From assembly GCF_049278535.1 (NCBI RefSeq), contig NZ_JBAPMI010000157.1, positions 2,792 to 66,791 on the forward strand: a stretch of DNA of 64,000 nt, read 5' to 3'. The translations under genes were made by a program, and so were the position numbers. The DNA comes from Mycobacterium sp. (GTDB taxonomy: Bacteria > Actinomycetota > Actinomycetes > Mycobacteriales > Mycobacteriaceae). The notes below the pieces were generated by a model that had not been told where the DNA came from, did no database searches, and was given only the letters and a program-made list of their open reading frames with translations. Below are positions 18,393 through 27,189 of this stretch, in pieces; position 1 is the stretch's first letter, and every line of letters starts with the position of its first letter.

Positions 18393-19564
18393 CGGGACCG
18401 GCGTGCCTGGATCAGTCGAGCTGCCCACCAGATCACAAGCGCCCCAACGAGAGCGACGGCAAGGTTGCTCAGGAAGCCGGTGACGCCAACCGCGATCGCC
18501 AGCGCCCAATGCCAGGGCCCCCGAAGATCTTTCAGCAGTGTGATGTGCAGCAGGCCCGCGACCGTCAACAGCCCGGCCAGGATCGGAACCGGGAAACCGG
18601 CCAGCGCCGCGGTCAGGGTCGCTCCTATCCCAAGTGCAAGCGCAATCATCGTGCTGCCCAACATGATCGGGGCGCCGCCGCTACGGGCGCCGAAAGTGCG
18701 ATGCGCCGTCATGCCCCCGGCGCCGTGGCACACCGGCATCCCGCTGATCGAGCCGGCGAACAAATTGGCCAGCCCGATGGTGGTTGCCAAGCGTCCCGGC
18801 CGCACCCGCTGGGCGGCGTCGCCGAAGTAGGTGCGGGCGGTGTCCGCAGTGGCCAGGCACGAGTTGGCGAACGACAACGGCACCTGCGGTAGCACCAAGG
18901 CGACTGCCGCAGCGGCGAACGCGGCCCGACTTAGATGCGGTATGTGCACCGCGGAAGGTCCGAACGTGACGGGGACGTGAAAGCTCAGCACCATTGCCAC
19001 CACGGCAATCGCGAGCAGCACCAAGGTGATCTGCCGGCGTCGCAAGACCAGCGCGACGGCGATGACCAGCAGGGTCATCCCCCCTAGCCACCAAAGGGAG
19101 TGCCGGTGATCGGTGAACGCCTTCGGTGTCGTGGAGACCAGCCGCCAGGCAAGCTGGCAGAACAACAACCCGACCGAGAGCTGAATCCCCCGAATGATCG
19201 TCTGGGGGAACACTTTTGCGACCCAATCCAACACGCCCGTCGCGCCAAGGACCAGAAAGAGGATGCCCATCAGCACCGCGCCCGCCGCGATGTCGTCGAC
19301 GCCGAACCCATGCGCGATCGCGATCGCGCCGAACGCCTTCAACGGTTGGACCGGCACTGGTAGTCGATAGATGAAGCCGGCCATCACGTACAGCAGGCCG
19401 GCCGGCAACAGCACCGCGGTCGGCATGAGACCGTTCTTCACGATCAAGGCCACCGCGATCGGGACCAGTACGCCCAGATCGCTTACCGCTCCGGCTAATT
19501 CCGCGCGATCGAACCGGAACGGGTTCGGGTTCGACTCGATCTGTGCTGGCACCGTGTCGACCAT
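18383..19564 (-). CDS. MOT1/SulP-related putative molybdate (or sulfate) transporter
   Basis: Polytopic membrane protein. The N-terminal FRFDRAELAGAVSDLGVLVPI matches the EL.GA.GDLGT..PI signature I recall for the MOT1-type family. It is embedded in the Moco cluster. Confidence 0.6.
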   Translation of the reverse strand: MVDTVPAQIESNPNPFRFDRAELAGAVSDLGVLVPIAVALIVKNGLMPTAVLLPAGLLYVMAGFIYRLPVPVQPLKAFGAIAIAHGFGVDDIAAGAVLMGILFLVLGATGVLDWVAKVFPQTIIRGIQLSVGLLFCQLAWRLVSTTPKAFTDHRHSLWWLGGMTLLVIAVALVLRRRQITLVLLAIAVVAMVLSFHVPVTFGPSAVHIPHLSRAAFAAAAVALVLPQVPLSFANSCLATADTARTYFGDAAQRVRPGRLATTIGLANLFAGSISGMPVCHGAGGMTAHRTFGARSGGAPIMLGSTMIALALGIGATLTAALAGFPVPILAGLLTVAGLLHITLLKDLRGPWHWALAIAVGVTGFLSNLAVALVGALVIWWAARLIQARRSRYE

Positions 19565-19570
19565 GCCAGC

Positions 19571-19576
19571 ACTCTA
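19571..19576 (-). promoter_or_regulatory. -10 hexamer TAGAGT, 6 nt before ATG 19564 (leaderless layout)
   Basis: The minus strand reads TAGAGT GCTGGC ATG. Confidence 0.35.
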
Positions 19577-19743
19577 ATGCAGGGCCCTCACCCACGCGGT
19601 CTTCGAGTACGCAAGTCCCGCTCACAAGGCGTCCAGCTCACGTGTGAGAGTGATTTCACGGCCGCGACATCGTGGGACGCCGAGCGGCAACATCGCCTCT
19701 TTACGTTCACGTCGGAAGTATCCGAATCGCGAGGGAGAACGCG

Positions 19744-21126
19744 GTGGCGCGATCGCGCACGATCACAGGTTGGGACCCGGAGGACCGGGCGGCATGGCAG
19801 ACGGGCGGACAAACCATCGCGCGGCGCAATTTAGCGTGGTCGGTCGCGGCGGAGCATGTGGGCTTCTCGGTGTGGTCGCTGTGGTCGGTGATGGTTCTGT
19901 TCATGCCGCAGTCGGTGTATGGGCTGACCGCCGGTGACAAGTTTTTGATTGCTGCCACCGCAACGTTGGTCGGCTCGGCACTGCGGTTGCCCTACACCAT
20001 GGCGACCGCACGCTTCGGCGGCCGCAACTGGACCGTGTTCTCCGCCTGCGTGCTCGTCGTGCCGGTGGTTGCGACGATCCTCGTTCTCGCCGAACCGGGT
20101 CGGCCATTGTGGTTCTACCTGGTCTGTGCGACGCTGTGCGGCCTCGGCGGTGGCAACTTCGCGTCATCGATGACCAACATCAATGCGTTCTTCCCGCAGC
20201 GTCTCAAAGGTGTGGCCCTGGGCGTCAACGCGGGCGGCGGAAATATCGGCGTGCCGGCCGTGCAGTTGGTCGGCCTGTTAGTCATCGCCACCGCGGGCAA
20301 TCGGCAGCCGTATTGGGTATGCGCGTTCTACCTCGTGATGCTGATCATCGCCGCGGTCGGGGCGGCCCGCTACATGGACAACCTCGACGCGGTGTCGGTC
20401 GACCTGGGCGCGATGCGTGCCGCGTTGCGCAGCCGGCATACCTGGCTGGTCAGCCTGCTCTACATCGGCACCTTTGGTTCATTCATCGGGTTCTCGTTCG
20501 CTTTCGGCCAGGTGCTGCAAATATCGTTCGCCGCCAGCGGGCAGAGCGCAGCGCAGGCGTCGCTTCACGCCGCTGAAATCGCGTTCATCGGGCCGCTACT
20601 CGGTTCTGTCGCAAGGATTTACGGCGGCCGCATTGCCGACCGAGTCGGCGGAGGCACGGTGACATTGTGGGCGTTCGTCGGCATGATCGGCGCCGATGGG
20701 GTGCTGGCAATCACCGCAACTCTGGCCGGCCGTCGAACCACGACAACGACCATGGTGGCGTACGTGATCGGTTTCGTGGTCCTGTTCCTACTCAGCGGGA
20801 TCGGAAATGGCGCGGTGTACAAGATGATCCCGTCGATCTTTCATGCGGCGTCTCGCGCACTGGAGGCCGACGAGGAGGCCCGGGCCAACTACTCCCGCTC
20901 GATGTCTGGTGCGGTGATCGGTATTACCGGCGCGATCGGTGGCCTCGGCGGCGTGGCGATCAACCTGGCGCTGCGCAGCAGCTACCTCGTGGACGGCACC
21001 GCGACCATCGCATTTTGGGACTTCGCGGTGTTCTATGCGCTAGCCGTGCTGGTCACCATGCGTTTCTACGTGCGGCTTCCATCCCGCGGCCTCGCCGATC
21101 GGCCCGTGTTGGCCACCGCCCGCTGA
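19744..21126 (+). CDS. narK: MFS nitrate/nitrite transporter NarK
   Basis: N-terminus W.PED...W....IARRNLAWSV.AEHVGFSVWSLWSV and a 12-TM body are typical of NarK. GTG at 19744 is preceded by GAGGGAG. Confidence 0.8.
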   Translation: MARSRTITGWDPEDRAAWQTGGQTIARRNLAWSVAAEHVGFSVWSLWSVMVLFMPQSVYGLTAGDKFLIAATATLVGSALRLPYTMATARFGGRNWTVFSACVLVVPVVATILVLAEPGRPLWFYLVCATLCGLGGGNFASSMTNINAFFPQRLKGVALGVNAGGGNIGVPAVQLVGLLVIATAGNRQPYWVCAFYLVMLIIAAVGAARYMDNLDAVSVDLGAMRAALRSRHTWLVSLLYIGTFGSFIGFSFAFGQVLQISFAASGQSAAQASLHAAEIAFIGPLLGSVARIYGGRIADRVGGGTVTLWAFVGMIGADGVLAITATLAGRRTTTTTMVAYVIGFVVLFLLSGIGNGAVYKMIPSIFHAASRALEADEEARANYSRSMSGAVIGITGAIGGLGGVAINLALRSSYLVDGTATIAFWDFAVFYALAVLVTMRFYVRLPSRGLADRPVLATAR

Positions 21127-21151
21127 CGCCCATGGCGCCGCGAAAGGGGTC

Positions 21152-21214
21152 CGCCGAGCGTGCGGTCTGCGGGATAAACCAGGCCGTTCATTCGCGGATC
21201 ACGCACGCTCGGCG
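21152..21214. terminator. 13-bp perfect inverted repeat with 37-nt loop between convergent narK and glbN
   Basis: CGCCGAGCGTGCG (21152-21164) pairs with CGCACGCTCGGCG (21202-21214). No U tract. Confidence 0.3.
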
Positions 21215-21230
21215 AAGCTTGACACGGCCT

Positions 21231-21638
21231 TCAGACCACCGCCTTGATGTTGTCCGATGCGATCTCACCGGCCAGCGGCGCGATCGCATCAAGGATGTCG
21301 GTGATGGTGTCCGGGTGCAGTCCGGCCGCGCACAGCGAGTCCGCCAAATGCGCTGCCGCCATGGCGAAGTGATGCATTGTGATGCCGCGGCCTTCGTGCA
21401 CCTGCCGCATCGGCATGCCGGTGTAGGACCGTGGCCCGCCGAGCAAAGCCGAGAGGAACTCGACCTGCCTGGCTTTTACGCACCTTATGTCCGAGCCGGC
21501 GTAGAAGCCGGCCAGGTGGTCGTCGTCAAGCACACGGCAGTAGAAGTCCTCGACCACGACTTCGAGGGCGTCTTGACCGCCGATCTTCTCGTAGAGCGAG
21601 GCCGTTCCCGGTTTGCGAAACCGGGTGAGTATTCCCAT
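21231..21638 (-). CDS. glbN: group I truncated hemoglobin trHbN
   Basis: Near-colinear with M. tuberculosis GlbN (YEKIGG..A.EVVVEDFY.RVL.DD, QVEF....LGGP..YTG.PM.QVH.GRGITMHHF). ATG at 21638 gives the expected size. Confidence 0.9.
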   Translation of the reverse strand: MGILTRFRKPGTASLYEKIGGQDALEVVVEDFYCRVLDDDHLAGFYAGSDIRCVKARQVEFLSALLGGPRSYTGMPMRQVHEGRGITMHHFAMAAAHLADSLCAAGLHPDTITDILDAIAPLAGEIASDNIKAVV

Positions 21639-21679
21639 GCCCAATAGCGGACCATCGGACCGTTGCCCGACAGTTAGAA

Positions 21680-21721
21680 CGCCATCACCACGGGATTACC
21701 CGGCGTAACAACCGGATTGCC
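21680..21721. repeat. imperfect 21-bp tandem direct repeat (2 copies, 15/21 identical)
   Basis: CGCCATCACCACGGGATTACC / CGGCGTAACAACCGGATTGCC, in the divergent glbN / reductase intergenic region. Confidence 0.5.
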
Positions 21722-21800
21722 GAAGAAGCGCCTTAACTTCGCAGCGGTGTAGCAGACTCGTGGCGAAGCCAGCGGAAATACCACCGGGAGCGTGGAAGCT

Positions 21801-22817
21801 ATGAATCTGGGTGATCTGACCGGTCTGGTCGAGAAACCGTTCGCCGCAGTGTCCAATCTCGTCAACACCCCAAACTCCGCCGGCCGCTATCGACCTTTCT
21901 ACCTGCGCAATCTGCTCGACGCGGTGCAGGGGCGCACTCTGCACGATGCCGTCGACGGCACCATCACCCTCATCACGGGCGGATCGTCGGGTATCGGCGA
22001 AGCCGCTGCGAAGAAGATCGCAGAAGCCGGCGGCGAGGTGGTCCTGGTCGCGCGGACCCGGGAAAACCTGGAAAAGGTTGCCGACGAAATCCGCAGCAGT
22101 GGCGGCACCGCGCATGTCTACCCATGCGATCTCTCCGACATGGACGCCATCGCCGCGATGGCCGATCAGGTGCTGGCCGATCTCGGCGGCGTCGACATGC
22201 TGATCAACAACGCCGGACGATCGATACGGCGCTCGCTGGCGCTGTCCTACGACCGGATTCACGACTACCAGCGCACCATGCAGTTGAACTACCTCGGCGC
22301 GGTACAGCTCATCCTCAAATTCATTCCCGGTATGCGCGAACGCGGCTTCGGGCAGATCATCAACGTGTCCTCGGTGGGTGTGCAGACCCGCGCGCCGCGG
22401 TTCGGTGCCTACATCGCCAGCAAGGCGGCGCTGGACAGCCTGTGCGACGCGCTACAGGCCGAGGTGGTCGGCGACGACATCAAGTTCACCACCGTGCATA
22501 TGGCGCTGGTCAGGACTCCGATGATCAGCCCCACCAAGATGTACGACAAATTCCCGGCGCTGACACCGGACCAGGCCGCCGGGGTGATCACCGACGCGAT
22601 CGTGCAGCGACCACGTCGCGCCAGCTCGCCGTTCGGGCAATTCGCGGCTCTGGCCGACGCCGTCAACCCGTCGGTGATGGACCGGGTGCGCAACCGGGCG
22701 TTCACCATGTTCGAAGACTCGTCGGCGGCTAAAGGTGACGAATCTGACAGCAGCACAACACAATTCGACGGCCGAAGCGAAACATTCGTGCGGGCCACCC
22801 GCGGAATCCACTGGTGA
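21801..22817 (+). CDS. SDR-family fatty acyl-CoA reductase (Rv1543-like)
   Basis: MNLGDLT...VEKP N-terminus, TGGSSGIG cofactor motif and YIASKAAL catalytic motif. Near-colinear with Rv1543 as recalled. GGGAG lies upstream of ATG 21801. Confidence 0.8.
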   Translation: MNLGDLTGLVEKPFAAVSNLVNTPNSAGRYRPFYLRNLLDAVQGRTLHDAVDGTITLITGGSSGIGEAAAKKIAEAGGEVVLVARTRENLEKVADEIRSSGGTAHVYPCDLSDMDAIAAMADQVLADLGGVDMLINNAGRSIRRSLALSYDRIHDYQRTMQLNYLGAVQLILKFIPGMRERGFGQIINVSSVGVQTRAPRFGAYIASKAALDSLCDALQAEVVGDDIKFTTVHMALVRTPMISPTKMYDKFPALTPDQAAGVITDAIVQRPRRASSPFGQFAALADAVNPSVMDRVRNRAFTMFEDSSAAKGDESDSSTTQFDGRSETFVRATRGIHW

Positions 22818-22824
22818 GGGAACC

Positions 22825-23628
22825 ATGAGTCTTCCGAAACCGAACAACCAGGCAGCCGTCGTCATCACCGGCGCTTCCTCCGGCATCGGCACCGAACTGG
22901 CCAAAGGGCTGGCCCGGCGCGGCTACCCACTGGTGCTCGTCGCTCGCCGCAAGGAACGCATGGACGAGCTTGCCGACGAACTGCGCAACCAGTACTCGGT
23001 CGGAGCCGAGGTGCAGGCGCTCGACCTGTCCGATGCCAGGGCACGCCAACAACTCTCCGAGCGGCTGCGCACCGAGCCGATCGCCGGGTTGTGCAACAGC
23101 GCCGGCTTCGGCACCAGCGGTGTCTTCCAGACTCTGCCGGTCGAGCGCGAAAGCGAGGAGGTCGTCCTCAACTCGCTGACGCTGATGGAGCTGACCCATG
23201 CCGCGCTGCCCGGCATGGTCGAACGGGGCGCCGGCGCGGTGCTCAACATCGCCTCGATTGCGGGATTCCAGCCGATGCCGTACATGGCCGTGTATTCGGC
23301 GACCAAAGCGTTCGTGCAGACCTTCTCGGAGGCTGTCCACGAGGAACTGAACGGCACAGGTGTGTCGGTCACCGTGTTGTGCCCCGGCCCGGTGCCGACT
23401 GAATGGGGTGAGATCGCCAACGCCGAGCGGTTCAGCATTCCCATCGCGCAGGTGTCACCGCACGATGTCGCCGAACAGGCCATCGCCGGCATGGTCGACG
23501 GAAAGCGCAGTGTGGTACCCGGGATCGTGCCGAAGGCCGTCAGTATCGGCGGCAGGCATATGCCGCGCACCCTGCTGCTGCCCGCCCTGCGCCTCGGCAA
23601 CCGCTTGCGCGGCGGACCCAGTCGCTGA
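22825..23628 (+). CDS. SDR-family ketoacyl reductase (Rv1544-like)
   Basis: TGASSGIG and YSATKAF motifs, 267 aa. GGTGAGGGAA lies upstream of ATG 22825. Confidence 0.8.
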   Translation: MSLPKPNNQAAVVITGASSGIGTELAKGLARRGYPLVLVARRKERMDELADELRNQYSVGAEVQALDLSDARARQQLSERLRTEPIAGLCNSAGFGTSGVFQTLPVERESEEVVLNSLTLMELTHAALPGMVERGAGAVLNIASIAGFQPMPYMAVYSATKAFVQTFSEAVHEELNGTGVSVTVLCPGPVPTEWGEIANAERFSIPIAQVSPHDVAEQAIAGMVDGKRSVVPGIVPKAVSIGGRHMPRTLLLPALRLGNRLRGGPSR

Positions 23629-24059
23629 TGGCCGCTGTCGACGTGACGGCCGATGTGCCGATGAGCCCACAGGACATGTGGGATCACGTCGCCGACCTGT
23701 CCGATCTCGGCGACTGGCTGGTGATGCACGAGGCGTGGCGCAGTGAGCTTCCGGAGGAATTGAGCGAAGGAACCCAGATCGTGGGCGTGGCACGCGCCAA
23801 GGGGCTTCGCAATCGCGTGACGTGGACGGTCACCACCTGGGACCCGCCGCACCGGGTCGCATTGTCGGGTTCCGGCAAGGGCGGGGCGAAATACACCGTG
23901 ACGCTGAGCGTCGCGCCAACGAAACAGGGTTCGAACTTGGGCGTGCGTCTCGAGCTGGGCGGCCGCGCCCTGTTCGGTCCGGTGGGTGCGGCGGCGGCAC
24001 GCGCCGTCAAAGGCGATGTCGAGAAGTCGCTGAAGCAGTTCATCGAGCTGTACGGATAG
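23628..24059 (+). CDS. SRPBCC (polyketide cyclase/START-like) protein (Rv1546-like)
   Basis: 143 aa. The start overlaps the previous stop (ATGA-type overlap). Size and position match Rv1546. Confidence 0.65.
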   Translation: MAAVDVTADVPMSPQDMWDHVADLSDLGDWLVMHEAWRSELPEELSEGTQIVGVARAKGLRNRVTWTVTTWDPPHRVALSGSGKGGAKYTVTLSVAPTKQGSNLGVRLELGGRALFGPVGAAAARAVKGDVEKSLKQFIELYG

Positions 24060-24151
24060 CGGCGCGGACGGGCGCGCTACGTCCGAAGGCCCCAAAGATC
24101 GACGAACGGCGGTAACCTGGCCGGATGTCGTGGGGGGCTCGAGGAGCCACT

Positions 24152-27115
24152 ATGTCCGAAGCCAGGGGTTCCTTCGGCTGGATCGGCGTGGTGGTGCAGC
24201 GGTGGCCATGGGCCGTCATCGGTTTCTGGATTGCGCTCGCTGCAGTGCTGTCGATGACGTTTCCATCGCTGACCGAGATGGCCGCCAAGCGCCCGGTCGC
24301 TATTCTGCCGCCCTACGCCCCGGTGCTGCAGACGACACGACAGATCTCCGAGGCTTATCACCAGTCCGGCTCCGAGAACGAAAACGTCCTGCTGGTGGTC
24401 CTGACCGATGACAACGGGCTGAATCCCTCCGACCTCACTACGTATCGCACCCTGGCCGACAAGCTGCGGCCGGACACTCGCGACATCGTGATGTTGCAGG
24501 ATTTCGTCCGGACGCCGGCCCTGCGCGAGGCGGTGACGAGCAAGGATCACAAAGCCTGGTATCTGCCAATGGTGCTCTCGGGCTGGGTGGGCACGCCAGA
24601 GCTGCATGCGGCGTACGGCCGGGTCGCCAACATCGTCAAACAAGCCGTCGCCGGGACCACGCTGACGGCAAACCTGACCGGCCCCGCGGCTACCGGCGAC
24701 GACATGATGTTCATTGGTATTCGCGACATGCATGCGATCGAGGCGGCCGTCGTGTTGATGGTCCTGATCATCCTGTTTGTGATTTACCGGAATCTAGTCA
24801 CGATGATGTTGCCGCTGATCACGATCGGCGTGTCGGTGGGGGTTGCGCAGTCCATTGTGGCCGGAGTTGCCGAACTGGGTTTGGGCGTTTCCAGCCAGAC
24901 GATCACCTTGATGACGACGATGATGGCGGGCGCCGGCGTCGATTACGCCGTGTTTTTGATCAGCCGATACCACGACTATTTGCGGCAGGGCATGCCTTCT
25001 GACGAAGCCGTCGTGAAGGCGTTGACGTCGATCGGCAAAGTCATCGCGGGGTCGGCGGCCACGGTGTCGGTCACATTTCTGGGCATGGTCTTCACCCAAC
25101 TAGGCTCCTTCAGGAACGTCGGTCCGGCGTTGGCGATTTCCATCGCGTTGGCGTTTCTGGCTGCCGTGACCTTCCTTCCGGCCCTGATGGTTCTCGTCGG
25201 AAGGCGGGGCTGGATCAAGCCGCGCCGTGACCTCTCCACCCGCTTCTGGCGGCGTTCGGGAATACGCATCGTGCGCCGGCCGGTGGCCCATCTGGTCGGC
25301 AGCATGACCGTGTTGGTGATTCTGGCCGGCTGCGTGATGTTTGTCCGCTTCAACTATGACGACAGCAAAACACTCCCGCAAACCGTCGAGAGCGCTGTCG
25401 GATATGCCACGCTTGGCCGGCATTTTCCGTTGAACGCGACCATTCCCGAGTATCTGGTCGTCCAGTCATCACAAGACTTGCGCAAGCCGGCTGCCCTGGT
25501 CGATCTGAAGCAGATGGAACAGCGGGTGGGCCAACTGCCCGACATCGCGGCGATCCACGGCGCCCCGGTGGCCACGGCGAACTCGACCGACAAAAAGTCG
25601 ACCGACAAAAAGTCGACCACTGCCGACGCGCACCATGACAAGGCCGACAACGCCGACAAGAGCGATAAGGCCGACAAGACAGATAAGGCCGCCGATTCGA
25701 TCGAAGGCGCCGAAGGATTCCCTAACGTGGCCTCGCTCCTTTACTCCGTTGCCAGCACCGGGGCCGTAACCGCCGACTTCGACCTACCGCCCGAACTGGC
25801 CGCCCTGGCACCTCCGGCCGCCCCCACCAAAGAAGTCGACGACACCGCCATGTTCGTCAGCACCGTGCGTGCGCTCGGCTTCGCGATGTCCCTCGATGTT
25901 GCCGAGATCGCCAACACCGTCAACGCCTCGCCGGTGACGGTCTTGGACGTGGTCGCGATCACCACGCGCGACGGTGGAGCACTCAAGAAGATGTCCGATT
26001 TCGCCGAGCGGCTGGAAACCTTTCCTGACGCGAACACCATCGAGTCGGCGTCGAGAAATGTGCGCCAAATACTGGACGACACCAGCAATGACCTGCGGGT
26101 AGTTAACAACGACGATTCCGGTAAGAAGCAGCGCACGGCAGAAACGCAGCACGATGCCCACAATTACGCCGACGCGATTCAGCAGATGATTGACGGCGTA
26201 AAGGATTTGATCAAGCAAACCGATAACACCGGGGGAGGGTTGAACAGCGCGCTGACGGCTTTCATTTCACCCGATGGACACACGGCGCGCTACCTGGTGC
26301 AAACCAAGCTCTATCCGTTCGGCACCGATGCGATGGATCAGATTCGTGTCATCACCGATGCCGCTCGGGGGCCGCACCCGGATGCCATGTTCAAGCAGGC
26401 CTCGATTTCGGCATCGGGAGTCACCGCGATGCTCCGCGACACGCGTGCCTATTACGCCAAAGACATCAGCCTCATCGTCGTGATGACCATTCTGATCGTG
26501 TTCGTGATTTTGGTCGCACTCCTGCGCGCCGTCGTCGCGCCGCTGTATCTCATTGGGTCAGTGGTGATCTCGTACCTATCGGCATTCGGTGTCGGTGTCA
26601 TCGTCTTCCAGTTCATCCTCGGCCAGAAGCTGACGTGGAGCATTCCCGGACTGACGTTTATCGTGCTGGTCGCAATGGGCGCGGACTACAACTTGTTGCT
26701 GATCTCGCGGCTTCGGGAAGAGTCGCCACACGGGATACGCTCCGGCGTCCTCAACACGGTGCGGTCGACGGGTGGCGTGATCACCGCGGCGGGGGTCATC
26801 TTCGCCGCCTCGATGTTCGGCATGATGTTCGCCAGTATCAGCACCTTGGTGCAGGCGGGTTTCATCATCGGGACCGGGTTGCTGCTGGACACCTTCCTGG
26901 TGCGCACCATCACCGTGCCTGCCATCGCCGTGCTTGTCGGCAAGTGGAACTGGTGGCCGTCCAAGCCGCCGCCGCCCACGCCGCATGAGCGGCTTCCGAA
27001 GCCGGCCTCACCACCAGCGCCCGAAGCGCCGAACGGCACGGCCGCGGTCCATGGCAATGGCGCGTACGGCAGGCACGCCCGCAGCGATCCCGACACCGTC
27101 GCGTTGCGCTCGTGA
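24152..27115 (+). CDS. mmpL: MmpL-family RND lipid transporter
   Basis: N-terminus WPWAVIGFWIALAAV, two 6-TM bundles (GAGVDYAVFLISRY and GADYNLLLISRLRE) and two large extracytoplasmic domains. GAGGAG lies 5 nt before ATG 24152. No mmpS gene is adjacent. Confidence 0.85.
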   Translation: MSEARGSFGWIGVVVQRWPWAVIGFWIALAAVLSMTFPSLTEMAAKRPVAILPPYAPVLQTTRQISEAYHQSGSENENVLLVVLTDDNGLNPSDLTTYRTLADKLRPDTRDIVMLQDFVRTPALREAVTSKDHKAWYLPMVLSGWVGTPELHAAYGRVANIVKQAVAGTTLTANLTGPAATGDDMMFIGIRDMHAIEAAVVLMVLIILFVIYRNLVTMMLPLITIGVSVGVAQSIVAGVAELGLGVSSQTITLMTTMMAGAGVDYAVFLISRYHDYLRQGMPSDEAVVKALTSIGKVIAGSAATVSVTFLGMVFTQLGSFRNVGPALAISIALAFLAAVTFLPALMVLVGRRGWIKPRRDLSTRFWRRSGIRIVRRPVAHLVGSMTVLVILAGCVMFVRFNYDDSKTLPQTVESAVGYATLGRHFPLNATIPEYLVVQSSQDLRKPAALVDLKQMEQRVGQLPDIAAIHGAPVATANSTDKKSTDKKSTTADAHHDKADNADKSDKADKTDKAADSIEGAEGFPNVASLLYSVASTGAVTADFDLPPELAALAPPAAPTKEVDDTAMFVSTVRALGFAMSLDVAEIANTVNASPVTVLDVVAITTRDGGALKKMSDFAERLETFPDANTIESASRNVRQILDDTSNDLRVVNNDDSGKKQRTAETQHDAHNYADAIQQMIDGVKDLIKQTDNTGGGLNSALTAFISPDGHTARYLVQTKLYPFGTDAMDQIRVITDAARGPHPDAMFKQASISASGVTAMLRDTRAYYAKDISLIVVMTILIVFVILVALLRAVVAPLYLIGSVVISYLSAFGVGVIVFQFILGQKLTWSIPGLTFIVLVAMGADYNLLLISRLREESPHGIRSGVLNTVRSTGGVITAAGVIFAASMFGMMFASISTLVQAGFIIGTGLLLDTFLVRTITVPAIAVLVGKWNWWPSKPPPPTPHERLPKPASPPAPEAPNGTAAVHGNGAYGRHARSDPDTVALRS
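25583..25618 (+). repeat. in-frame 15-bp perfect tandem repeat (about 2.4 copies) inside mmpL
   Basis: TCGACCGACAAAAAG occurs twice and is followed by TCGACC. It encodes STDKK STDKK ST. Confidence 0.85.
25637..25690 (+). repeat. six imperfect 9-bp in-frame repeats (GACAAGGCC-like) inside mmpL
   Basis: GACAAGGCC GACAACGCC GACAAGAGC GATAAGGCC GACAAGACA GATAAGGCC, encoding DKA DNA DKS DKA DKT DKA. Confidence 0.8.
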
Positions 27116-27174
27116 GTCGGTGCAACCGCACGACACACTCGGCGACACGCCGGGTAAGCGTCGGTGTGCGGCCA

Positions 27175-27180
27175 TAGACT
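27175..27180 (+). promoter_or_regulatory. -10 hexamer TAGACT, 9 nt before the dnaE1 ATG
   Basis: TAGACT GGCGTCCCT ATG. No Shine-Dalgarno sequence in between. Confidence 0.25.
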
Positions 27181-27189
27181 GGCGTCCCT

